A stretch of 46,640 bases of DNA from Hydrurus foetidus (lineage: Eukaryota), in NCBI GenBank assembly GCA_900617105.1, contig UYFQ01000064.1, positions 1 through 46,640 on the forward strand, given 5' to 3'. Position 1 is the stretch's first letter. Every line of letters starts with the position of its first letter. Position numbers and translations under genes: made by a program. Positions 1 through 11,934 of this stretch are shown here, piece by piece. The notes beneath the pieces are model-generated. The model did not search any database. It worked only from the letters and a program-made list of their open reading frames with translations, and had not been told where the DNA came from.

Positions 1-6
1 CCATGG

Positions 7-435
7 ATGTTAGGGATATATTTAAGGCAGCAGTTGGTGAACAGGGCAGAAACTTCGTTAGGGGAACAACATCTACATGTATCTAAGATGCATTTTGCGG
101 CGACAGGATTGTTAGTCGTCTACAAATTCAAGCAGCTAGGGTTCAACAACGATTGGGACATGCATTCAATTGAATCAAATTTATGTAGGCCAGGGAAATA
201 TGTATGCTTCGGAGCAACACGTAAAAATAATGATACTCACAAACGTTTGCTAACATCTATAACTGCGCAACACTCAGATTCCGATAAGTTAGATACATGG
301 ATAAAGGGAAAGCAAATTCTAAATGATAATGGGTGTACTGCCGGTGAAAAAAATTTTTCAATACAAAATTTAGCAACACGTATGCGATGGATGAACCAAT
401 GTTTTCTTATCGATCTTTATCTCATAAAAAGTTAA
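7..435 (+). CDS. Hypothetical ORF, possibly the 3' part of a gene or TE starting before the window
   Basis: 142-codon open frame in AT-rich DNA; no recognisable motif. Confidence 0.2.
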   Translation: MLGIYLRQQLVNRAETSLGEQHLHVSKMHFAATGLLVVYKFKQLGFNNDWDMHSIESNLCRPGKYVCFGATRKNNDTHKRLLTSITAQHSDSDKLDTWIKGKQILNDNGCTAGEKNFSIQNLATRMRWMNQCFLIDLYLIKS

Positions 436-751
436 TTTAATCAAGCCATTTTCGTAGGGGGCAACCTCATGTTTGTCTCATACAGTTATTGCTGGGTCCG
501 TAGGGATTTATAGATGGTCTCCGGGTGCCCCTTGGCTGTTTAAAAAGGAAAAAAATTATCTTGCAATCATATTTCTTCTTAAATTTGTAATTTCATTAAA
601 CTTCAAATACTTAGTTTCCTGTACGGATCGGAAACTATTTGTACATCTCGTTATAATTGTGGTTTCATGGCACTACAATTACTTAGTTTCACCAGCTGAG
701 CAAAACAAGCGGCTTAAGCGCGCATATTCTGCGTCTATTTTGTTTCGCTCT

Positions 752-1039
752 TTATGCGACAACAAATGCGCCGAGAGTATTGCATTAGACACAATTAAAC
801 CTAAACGCACCAAAAGCATCGACATGCGCTTTCACTGGATCAGAGACCGCATCATCCAGCAACAGTTCGTCGTTGCCTGGCGCAAAGGCGCCGACAACCT
901 TGCAGACTTCTTCACAAAGCCACTTCCAGTTCATGCCCACCAATCTCTCATGCCTCTCCTAGTGCATACCCCTCCAGCTTCTTCCTCTGTCCTTCTCTCC
1001 TCCTCAGCTCTCCGGGCAGCTAAATGGTCAAACCATTAG
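752..1039 (+). pseudogene. Ty1/Copia RNase H C-terminal fragment (5'-truncated element)
   Basis: LCDNKCAESIA...KRTKSIDMRFHWIRDRI...DNLADFFTKPL matches the Copia RNase H C-terminus. The upstream part of ORF 473..1039 is unrelated AT-rich sequence. Confidence 0.9.
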
Positions 1040-1329
1040 GCAAAAGGAACTCCCCTTCCGACCGCCTTGTGTACATGCTCATCACCGAGGGCCCTCCAGT
1101 GGGGCGTCCCTCCACAGGCCTTCACACTACGCAGCGGCGGATCGGGGAATTTACCTTACGGCTGGCACACCCTACTACCCAGCAGCGAAAACACCTCTTA
1201 CGTTTTGGGGATACGAACCACGGGCCTCTCAATTATAGCGGCTACATTGCTAACCAGCTACGTCAGATCCACTGGTAATAAGGCGAGATTTCGACTACCT
1301 ATTAACACACTCACATGTTTGAGAGGGTG

Positions 1330-1494
1330 TGTTGATTAATGTCCGATAGTACAGCAAATAGTTCTGATGCAGCAGCTAATACTGCGGCTGCAGCAGCGAG
1401 TACCGCGGCCGCTGATACGATTAGATGCTACTTCCATATATACACACATCGTACTCAATCATCATTTATACAAACATTGCCATTTGAATCAACA
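1330..1494 (+). mobile_element. 3' LTR (165 bp) of the truncated Copia element
   Basis: Begins TGTTGATT and ends AATCAACA (8-bp inverted termini). Directly preceded by purine-rich GAGAGGGTG (1321-1329) and lies downstream of the RNase H fragment. Confidence 0.8.
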
Positions 1495-1583
1495 GATAGT
1501 CAACCACTTCTCGCATAATTTAATTCCAACACCCGTGAAACACGTCCATTCGTTTCACCTTTGGTTAGCAATACAATCTTCGC

Positions 1584-4500
1584 TCATTTGTTGTTTCGTC
1601 TATTTTGTGCATTAAATGGCAGTCGGCATGGGAGAATATCATCTGAAAAATATTCCCTAGATGGATTCCAGAGAAAATCAGATTCATCCAACTCAACTTT
1701 ATTCATTATGTTCGTATCTCCAATATTCTGCTGATCCTTGCCATTCATAACAACACTTATATTCGTACAATCAACCTTCTTGACCAAAATTGCGCTGACA
1801 ATACCTTGAACATAACATTTAACTTTATTTTGTTCAACAACATCGTCACTATCAACTGAACCAGAATCAATACCATCCGCCTTTGAAATGCAAATCAGAC
1901 TGTGAACATGTGGTGTTCCACGAGCCTGATACTGAACGTAAATGTGTTAGATTTGAAAGTGACATTATGTTGAGTCCATTCAGAACATACCTCGACTCGC
2001 CTCCAAAAATCAGTAACTTCTCCAAATGGCTTAGACTCACCCATCACAAGATATTTCCACATACAATCCTGCTTGTAATCGAATAAACGTGCGATAGTTG
2101 CTGGATGACTTCGCAACAGATTCATTCTTGTATCAGAATCTAGCAACTTCGCCTAAATATATATAAATTACACTGATTAAATACAACATAATGAGAAAAA
2201 GGATATTGTAAATATAATTACCTTACCTTATTTACTCTGGTATCCCAAAATTCAATACTATGATCAGTGATTTGGCTCTGTACAAGTTCGAAAAAGCGAC
2301 TTTCATAAAGATCTGCTGGTGCAACAGTAAAAAATAGACGCCACAAACCCAACTTATTGATAATAGGAGACGGAATCATTGCCATAAGTTTAGTCCTTTC
2401 ATAAGCTATATGAGTTGCAGTTCCTTGTAACGACTGAGAATAAGGTATTAATCGTTTAATCAATTTTTGCATCTCTCTTTCGTCATACTTGTACGATGAC
2501 GAATTCATAACTGTATCGCTGGACACATTACTAGACTTCAATGTTTCTTGAGCGGAAACTAAAGACTCCTCCAAATAATTTAATAAATTGTTAATATCAC
2601 TAATATTTGGTACTTCTTCAAGTGGAGCTGTACTATCAAGATTTCTTTTTTGAGCCACGAAAGCAACGCCCCCTAACTTTCTTCTCATCTCCATTGTATA
2701 CATATTAAAGATAAATCCAGCTGGCTGTTGGAACCTTCTAGCTGAAGGACCACCACCTAAACACAACATGTGTTTAATGTGTTTTGCGTTACTAAGCATA
2801 CCACACGACTTGTCGCTAGGACACCGCCGACCGTACGGATACAAATAAGCAAAACACCGGGATAGATAATACTCAGGATTTTTGAACTGACATACGAATT
2901 CATGTAGCGTGTTCCTCTCATAAGTAGACTGTGATGGGTCAATTAGAGCACTGCATATACCCTCAATATGTGAAACCAAGGAGTCAGGTGACTCCAACAA
3001 AATTTCGTGCTTTTTTCCTGCTGATACTAATATGATAATGTTGGGAATGTCAGTCTCGAAAATTAGCAATGAAACACATAGTAACACAACAGGCAAAATA
3101 TACCTGTATTAGTAGAGTATTCGTCAGAAACTTCGTCGTCTGCAACATTACCACCATCAATATCACAATCCTCATCATCAGTTAATCCAATGAAAGGAAT
3201 ATCAACTGGTGATGTCGTTTCCTGCCAATACTTAACAATAATAGGCCAGATAATCTCGATATCGCTATACAAATGATTGTGCTCTTTCAACCAATTCAAT
3301 GCCGAATATACCCTAAATGGTCGATATTTGTACTCCTTCCCAACATCAGTTCTTCTGTGACGCATAACAGCTGTATCTTCAATGGACGGCATACGTGGTA
3401 GATACTTAGCTACACTTGTCAAATCATTAATAATTGTGTAGTTGGTTCCGCCTTTGACTTTGTAGTGCTTTCCACCGGCCATAAACATTTTCGTCACGGA
3501 AGAATAGATATTTATCATACTTTCTTCGACGCCCGTTAAACTAACCAACTCAGAAGGTATAGTTCCGGCAAATAATCCATTAAATAATGCGAGTTTAGGA
3601 ACACTGTGACTTCGAGATGCAGACCCTTCCTTAGAGCTAGAAAGACCAACAACTACACTATATAAGGGAGCAGACTGGCATTCTTCACCCTCTTGCATCA
3701 TCTCGTGATGCGCCATGGTAAGATCGTGACCTTCGATAACAGTAATGGCATCGTCCACACACACTGGTGCCAAGTCAGAAATAACTCCACACTTTTTCTT
3801 GCCTTGAAGCTGGTGACAACAACTACTACACAAATGAGTACAACCGATGATAATTCCATCTTCGAAAACCCGCAGAAGATCATCAACGAACATGCAGTCA
3901 TACGTTGACATATATGAGTGAACCGTTGTCAAAAGTTTGAACTTTGCCGTCAACCCTGACGCATCAATAGAATGCTGCATATCACAAATAAGCTTAGCCC
4001 CAACACTAGAACCTTCCAGGCCACAAATCCCGCAGACAATGAACCTTGTCAATATATCATAATTTTTCGCATAAAGTGATGCATCAATTGAACAAGACGA
4101 CCGGCCGACAGGATTTGAAATACTTCTCCTTGTGGCAACGCGCCTTTCAATTCGAAGCTTTCTGTTTGTCCGCTTAGCTTCATCAGTCAGTCCGGAATAG
4201 ATAGGCAACCGCCGAGACATATACTCAGTAGATTTAGACGACAATGCCATTTCGCCACGACATTCCAAATTAGCACTTGACACACGTTTACGTGAAAGCC
4301 GCCTCCTTTCCGAAAGAGATACAGATGTATTATACTCATGTATTTGACGACCAAGATACGATGACGAGGTGTCAGCGCTGCACAGACCCACATTAATGCC
4401 CCCAGATGACCAATCAACTAAACCGTCGTAATGGTTGAAACCAGTGTACAATAGATAGATCTCACTAGAATTCGAATCAAATCCAATACACCTGTATGAA

Positions 4501-4892
4501 CCCAACAACGTGAAATACCGCTTCCGCGTAACAGGCACATAGATGCGAATGCCAATGAGAAACATTTCGGCAGCGGTTGCAATCTCAATGACAGATCCCC
4601 ACTCCATACGATTCAACATTTTGGCGCAGTAAGTAAGACACGTAAACCCGTCCATTCCGACAGCCTCAGATAATGTCCGCTGCTCGTCTGGAGCAATACT
4701 GATAACCACATCTCCGTTATCGCGGATGTAACTACAAATCTGCTCCCGCAAACGAAAACCGGACATATCATCGTGAATACTTGGCACTATCCCATCATAA
4801 CTAAGACAAAAACTTAGCGAATGAAAAAGGCAGCTGTTGTCACCTCTCTGCGGAACAACTTGGGCATCCCTCAAGATATCACAACGCTCCAT
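1584..4892 (-). pseudogene. Helitron RepHel gene, N-terminal part: OTU-like protease + Cys cluster + DUF6570-like + Rep HUH motif; helicase part missing
   Basis: Exons 4892-3104, 3017-2227, 2152-1991, 1931-1584, joined in frame by GT-AG introns (3018-3103, 2153-2226, 1932-1990). Motifs: GDNSCLF...WG...NHYD (OTU), PKLALFNGL...PSEL..LT.VEE, CFAYLYPYG, FFTVAPAD, and spliced VEYQARGTPHVHSLI (Rep motif II). Ends at a stop before the catalytic Tyr motif and helicase. Confidence 0.85.
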
Positions 4893-5046
4893 AAAAAAGC
4901 AAGTCAGAACAAAGAGCCTGTAAATGGTTCGATCTGAAGTTAATGACTAGCCCATCATAAATACGTCAGCACTGAACTACAGCTAGCTTCAGTTCGTCTC
5001 ATCACAAGAGTAGAGGACAGTACAGAGGGTTGCGTCGTGTGTTTCA

Positions 5047-5160
5047 CCCAAACTCCATGATACCCCCCGGATCATCCAAACTCCATAGGACCCACCGGAT
5101 AGTCGCATCATCATTAGACCCCCGGATCGTCAAGACCCCCCAAAATAAGACCCCCTAAAC
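5047..5160. repeat. Short degenerate direct repeats upstream of the Helitron ORF (possible subterminal repeats)
   Basis: CCAAACTCCAT x2, CCGGAT x3 and AGACCCCC x3 within about 115 bp. Confidence 0.45.
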
Positions 5161-5614
5161 CATTCTCGGACTGCGAGAACACGGTCAAATCCCTGCAAAT
5201 CTAGAATCATATAAAATGACATTTGTTATATAGAGGTGGAACCACCATTAGGTTTATCCCCCAATATTGACGGAATAACAGATTCTAGTGAAACGGATTA
5301 TTTTAACTGAAATCGCACCAAAAAAATTAAGTAGAAATTTTCTGCCAAAAAAACTGATTTTTTAATATTTTTTGTTGAAAAAATATTTTTTTTTCCCCAT
5401 GAAAAAGTTGACTTTTTTTTGTGAAAAAATCTGTACATCTACTTCAAGCAGCACCAGAATCTTGCAACTGTGCAACAATACTCGGTAAGTGACTTCAAAT
5501 CTCCAGGAGTTCTCAAACTTTTCTTGGGAAGTTATCTTTAGAATCTGAGTAATCTATTCAAATTTCCTTAGAAAGGATTACTTCGTTGCAACCCTCATTC
5601 CTTCAACCCTCACT

Positions 5615-6256
5615 ATGTCCAACACTGTATTCGGCGTCGAAACATCTTTTGGGGTTAATGTTCCAGACAGTCCAGCATCAACTGATTCAGGATCTGATGT
5701 TGACATCTCTACAGAGGAGGTTATTAATGATCCTTCTAACTCTGTAAAGAAGAAAGGTTGTGGGAAAGCCCTCAAATGGGAGGGACATTTAGTGGAGGAT
5801 AAGACTGGGTTTATACTTTACCAGTCTCTTGGTGATGTAGTGCATGATGCAGCAATATCGAACTATTCAAAAGTCAGCTCAGTGGACTTGCAGTTAAAGT
5901 TTAAATGCAAATTTACTGGCTGCTCTTTTATGCGAAGATACGAGATGGATTCTTGCATTGGACAATACATTTCGTATTTCCATGGAGTTCACGATCATAC
6001 CGATCTTACGGTTCTCACCCCAGAAGCCCATCGTGGACTTACTGGGGAGCAGAAATTATTAGTTCACGAGGCCATCGACCAAGAGAAAATGTCTTCGAGG
6101 AAGATACTGTCTTTTTTTCGTCTGAAGAGAGCTGCATCTTTACAAGATGGTGCTCTTCGTTTCCCAGATGATCCCGATATTGTGAAGTTGAATAATTACA
6201 TTCAAGCACGTAAAAGGAAAAATCGTCTATCTATAATCCATCGCCAAACGATTTGA
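5615..6256 (+). pseudogene. Probable Mutator-like transposase N-terminal fragment (WRKY/FAR1-type zinc finger)
   Basis: C-x4-C...H-x-H pattern (KCKFTGCSF...GVHDH) followed by HRGLT.EQK. No DDE core in this ORF. Preceded by A/T-run-rich sequence (about 5320-5430). Confidence 0.55.
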
Positions 6257-7240
6257 AGCTTTGGTGTATGTCTCATGGGCCTATTGTTCGCGATTTGAAT
6301 AATGACGAAATCAATTTGAACATTCCGTTTGTTCTTGACTACATACTGGTTAGATACATACAGTGGGGGTACTTACGTCACCTGATATAGTGTACATAAT
6401 ATCGAATATCGATGACAGTGATATATTTGACGATTGATTCATGATCAGCATCATCAATGCATCATATTTGAGTATGCTAACATGACTGTACGACACAGGC
6501 AACGTGTTCTTACGTTTTCATTGGTGACTTAGTAATGATTGGCTATTTTTTATGCACTCTACTATTGTGATCTATTGTTCGTTTCTGTTTGCTCTTTTCT
6601 TGATGAGATGGCTTCTTGCAAGAACTTCGACAGAAATGATCTTTCGTAGATTGATTCATGTTTTACTTACAGAAATCTTACTCAGCAACAAATGAATCAT
6701 AATTCTCGAAAACAAGGTCAGTTCGGCAAATAAACATGAAGCACGACACAGTTCAGTTGGGGGTAACAAGAGCAATTCTTGCAACGAGATATGATACTTA
6801 ATGGATATGTGTGCCTGCAGGATTTGCAAAAGTCGTCATGAAATTTGGCAAACGTTCAATTTATGTTTGCTTTCTCGTTGACAGCTGACATGGTACATGT
6901 TGAAAGACATGCAAGGATTTCTTCTATTCCAGTTGCTGTGAAATTTGATCAGGCATGATCAGTGCTAAGGAACTTCACAAGCGTCGCTTGCATCGCTGGA
7001 AAGCCATTCTTAGATGATCGAGGTGGCAGCCAATTAGAGCTGCGACAAAGCTGCAGGCTGCGCGCGGTGCAATCACGATTTGATTGTAAACTGCAATGCA
7101 AAGGACGGGTTGCTTACGATTATGGTGCTGAAGGATGAAAATTGAAGCTATTTCAAACAATCAAGTGATGTCTTACAGAAATTTGGAGGTGATTCTGTTG
7201 ATAGGATTTGCAGTAAGTTCACTAAAATGTTCTTGAGGTT

Positions 7241-7459
7241 CACTGGGTGACCTCGTAAATTCAAAACTCCCCCAGAACCCAGATTTGGGTGACATAAATT
7301 TTGACTTTCCAAAAAGTTTATGTCACCCAAATCTAGGATTCGAGGAGAATCTAGACAGGGGGTGGGTGTCTAGATTTTTTTTGGAATCGCAGATTTTTTT
7401 TTCTGGGTCACTCAAATCTGGGTTACATAATTTTTTTGAATTTACGAGGTCACCCACTG
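7241..7459. mobile_element. MITE-like element (219 bp) with nested internal hairpins
   Basis: 26-bp terminal inverted repeats CA[C/G]TGGGTGACCTCGTAAATTCAAAA (1 mismatch). Internal perfect inverted repeats at 7281-7298/7317-7334 and 7348-7357/7367-7376. No clear TSD. Confidence 0.7.
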
Positions 7460-7988
7460 AATTTTACTGAAGATTCACGTTAATTTAGCGCCTAAATTCA
7501 TTGAATTTCATTTAGTGCTATTTCAGTTGTTGTGGTGAAAATTACAGCGAATTTAGTGGTGATTCGTACTGAAATTAATTTGGTGCAATTTCAATATATC
7601 AAAAGAAATGTTCAAAAAATTTGTAGCTCAATAATTATCATCCATTAGCTCTACGACGAGCAAACGCAAGCTTTGAATCTGAGCCCAGTCCATTTTTCTT
7701 CCACTATTTCTGCGTCACGAAAAGTGATGCTTGTCGACTACCTCATTCATCTTTTGGGTCTAAACTAGGTAGCCAAAAGAAAGACGAAGTAGTTTGTCAG
7801 TAACTGCACAATATGTTTAAAAAGGAAGTTGAAACATATTCACATTATTCACAAAAATTCAAATTAAAACAAGTCAGGGAGGCACATTGCTCGATCCGCT
7901 CACTTTGATCAATGTGGGTTGTGAACAACATGATACATCAAATTGCAAGGAAAAGAATTTTGGCCTGTAATTTTTCTCCTGTCATTTT

Positions 7989-10900
7989 CTAAATTTTACT
8001 ACCGACCTTGTTCTCTCTTTTGCCGCCGAAACGGCAAAGCAGTGTACGTTCATTGCTAGAATTGGCATTCAAATGCACAATCTTAAAATCCCAGCATCCC
8101 GCCCTCGTAAGTACTGCACGTGCGCTGTCAGCCGCAGATTGTGCTTGAACATTTTTCGCGCCTTTGGGTAGCTTCAGTGTGAGCACCACATAGCCCCCAC
8201 ACAGACACTCTCTCTCAATCTTAGAACTGGATATATTTGATTGATTAGATGTAGTGCCGCTGATGCTGCATTTAGTAGTACAGTCAGTGGCACCAACAGT
8301 GCTATCTCCAGTACAGCAATCTTCATCATCGCCAGGACCGCGCAACTCATCGTTACCATCAAAATTGTGGCATCCCGCCAGTTGCGTCTTCTTCTCTTTC
8401 CTCTCAGTCACATTTGGAAGCTTCTCTACCTCTCTTCTGTCACAGATGCACTCACACGCAGACACCATGTGGGGTAAAACAAAGTCGCGCAGCAGGGAGG
8501 CTGCAGCGGATGCACCCAAGTTTACATCGCACACAGCAACTCGCAGACCTCCGTCACTCACACGTCTTCCTCTTCCTCCTTCATCGTTTCTGCAATTTTC
8601 GTTTCTGCCATATATGACCGTACTATCGGTAGCATCATTTCCACTGTAGATTCTATTTTTGTCTTGATTTGTCTTCTCATGAACCTGATTTTCGCTGATA
8701 TCACGAATATCACTTTCACCAAGATGATACTTCTCAATTTCTATTTCCTTATCTCTGCCGCCAACTCTTTCTCTATTATTTTCCAGCTCTCCATAACTTT
8801 TTCCCTCTCTGCATTCGTCTCTCCAATTCCTCACATTCCTCAAAGCCGCTTGAGCAGCTGCGCTCTGTATGAGACCCTGTACATACTGAACGTTCTCAAG
8901 TCTCAGTACGTCATCCCGTAGAAGACCTGTACGTGCGTGTGTACATATGTTCATTCGTATGTACAGTGTTAGTCAGAAATCGTTTGTTGGTAGACTGTAT
9001 GGATTACAATTGCATTCCAATTCCTTAATAAAGCGGAATAGCTATGAAATAACGTCAAGAAATATTCAATATTCTAGGTTAAAGAGTTAACATTTTACAT
9101 ATAATCGAGTAAAGTAGGACTAAATTGATGCTCGTAAAATAATCTAATGTGCCGCTCTTCAAATTAAGTTGCATCAGTACGCACAAGCCAATAACGTACC
9201 CACCTGAGTCAATGCTGATGACTGAGGAGCAGTGGGCTGCGAGGCATTGCGTCCAACCCCCCGGGCTCGACCCCACATCCACCGCACAACATCCGTACCC
9301 GCACCCCAGTAACCCGTCCCGTTCCCCACCCCTATCTGGATTATGATCTCTGTTCGGGTCACTATCCGGGTCCAGATCAACTCTTGCTATGCTGGTCATT
9401 TCCGTGGTGAGACCGTGCAGCACGTCCTGCGCACATACTGGTGCTGATACAGGAATATATGAAGAAGCGTGTTGACTAGATGCTACTTCATGATAAACAT
9501 CATTACGAGCACTGTCCAAGATTATCGAGCATTCTTTCTCTCGCTATTGGTACGAAAAACACCAGCACTACTGCAACTTATATGGATTCAATCATCTTAT
9601 GATTATCTAGTCTATTACTTTCACAACTATTAGTGTTTCTGCTCCTCTATCCTTTATCTTTTCTCTCACCTGGTAGACCGCAATCTTCATCTTTCAAGCC
9701 ATATTCAAATTGACCCCGTGGCCAACTCCATCCCCATAGGGGGAAATAAAATTCTTTGACTTCCGACATTTTGTAGTATGCTCTACTTGCAGGTGAAAAT
9801 TCCGTATTCGTAATTAACGATTTTGTCGGTTCAATTGTCGTTTTAGTAAAGGCGGCAAAATCGTCGTTTTCAGTTCTGCTGATGTCGCCAGTCTTTTGTG
9901 AATCATACTTTCCTTCTTTTTCGTCTATTTTCTCTTCGGGACATGAAATAATATCACTACTCGTTTGAGGTTTAGATGCTGGTTTAGATGGATGCGCGTA
10001 GCTTTTAATATTCTTTTCATCTTCGCTACAACTACTATTTGAATCATTTTCTGTCCCGCTGCACAGATAATTAGTAAGTACTACATTTTGATCGCTATTT
10101 TGCGCCTGGGTGAGATCGAAATTATCGGTAGATTTCATGGCATTTATCCCTCTTTTTGGTAATATATTCTCATTATCTGGAATGTTCTGAAATCGTAGAT
10201 AATCGTCCCTCACGAATCTTGTTTTTCTCTCCCTCTCGATTTCAATATTGATTGACTCAGCAGTAAGCCGGTATCGCACTGAATCTGCTTTACTCACTAT
10301 TCCCCACCGAAAAACCCCGTCATCTACTCCGTATACGCACTGCAGTAAGTGTGTATGTGTGTTACCGACCTTCTGATTGCTCTTAGAATTCTGATTACCA
10401 TGATCAGTTGAGTCATTCACTTTTCGTCTGATGCAAATATCTCCGTTTATGTCATTTTCATTCACTGCTATCTCACCGACTGCCGCGTTATTATTACGAC
10501 ACTCACTCTCAGCAGTGCCATTCGATTTATTGAAACTGAAATCCTGGTAATTATCGAAATCAAGTCGTAGCAGATACTTCCCGTCCAAATTTGTCCTGAT
10601 CATTTCCATTAAGCTCTTTTCGAGATTTTTTGGGCTTGCTTGTATCTTCAATATCACCCTGCTATTGCACTCTAGATCTCGGTCACTTTTGCAGGACATG
10701 GACGGGGAAATTTTAATCTCATTTTCGCTGACTCCATTGAGGAATGAGGACGACATAAATATAGACAAAAAATCTGGGTGGTTCACGATGCCTACTGGAT
10801 CCAATAGGCATCTGGGAATGAAGAACATTCTGTGCACAGATCTGAAAGCCTCTGGTGGCAACTTCCTTTCAGCGATCATGTTGACATTCGAAAAGATTAG

Positions 10901-11182
10901 AGAAGAGAATCCCAGATGTTTTGCAGTTGACGAATTCTTCGATGATGCACCACAGCGTAATCTTTCACAAGTGAACTTCGCCTCCCCAATGGTGCTCTCC
11001 CGTACAGGAGCGAATGATATTGACTGATCAAGTACACCGCCGTACAGCGAAAGTAAACGATCGGTGTGATTTCTTTCAACCTCCACTGCCCAAAATAAAT
11101 CGCTTCCGAAGTACCGTGTTGATTTCGGATGCCTCCATTTATGAAGCACATGTTGCTCCTCAATAATTTCATTTAGCAGCAT
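7989..11182 (-). CDS. FtsJ/RrmJ-family (RlmM-like) SAM-dependent RNA 2'-O-methyltransferase, multi-exon
   Basis: SRAYYK, VDVGSSPGGWT, VCDVN, LTLKL and NERT give the K-D-K-E tetrad and SAM loop. Intron 8927-9203 joins IDSG|LLRDDVL in frame. The intron near 9540-9669 has an unresolved acceptor. Confidence 0.8.
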
Positions 11183-11472
11183 TAGGTGTCAGCCTCCAGC
11201 GATTTCAACTGTTAATCATATTCGTCTACTTTTCACGACTAGGAGCAGCTTTGATAGTACTTCAGACGGCTTCCAACAGTCCTACGGAAGCACTATGCCT
11301 GAAGCTGCTGACTGCTGATAAGTGCTAACGATTGCTACAAACTTGACACCTACAGCACATGTTGGTGTGCTGTAAGAACGGCTATGCGAGTCAACAGTCA
11401 ACCCGTCAACCCTCTCTGTTTGCGGGGTCACAGTCCCAAGTCCCGAGTCGCAGGCGCACAGACGGTGCAGGC

Positions 11473-11791
11473 TGTTGGGATTTCTCTAGGCCCGGATGCT
11501 TTGTGACTCCTGTGACCGGTGACCCAAGGCTCGTAAAATAGACTTTGTATTGTGTAATTACTTGATAATTAAACTTGTGCACCGGCATCAATCAAGACGG
11601 CAACGAAGCTTTACATATCAACGCAATTGCACATGTTCTATCCGTGTTGAAGATAGATGAATGGATGGCTCCATGAGCCCACACATCCAACGGTCCACGA
11701 TCTGCACCCCAAGGGCACACACCGCTGACCGTCGGGATCCACACATATACTATACAACTACAGCAGTGTCTTTTCTCCGGATACTCCAACA
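11473..11791 (-). repeat. 3' LTR of Copia element 1
   Basis: Direct repeat of 16772-17090; TG...CA termini. Confidence 0.95.
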
Positions 11792-11934
11792 CACCCAACA
11801 GGCATGCAGTAGTTGAAGCACCCAGGCACGCATCGGATTTTCATGTCAGCAATAAATAGATGTGAATTGTTTTTCAAGCAGTAATGTCTAACTAAATGTT
11901 CTCGAATGGCGGGATGCCTTCATCGCTGGCACCC

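Noticed and set aside
473..751. N-terminal half of ORF 473..1039 as part of a real protein
   Set aside because: AT-rich sequence fortuitously in frame with the Copia RNase H fragment.
6359..7240. TA-CAGTGGGG as the left end of a Tc1/mariner element with a decayed minus-strand ORF
   Set aside because: No convincing partner TIR or TSD found, and translations are stop-ridden with no recognisable motif.
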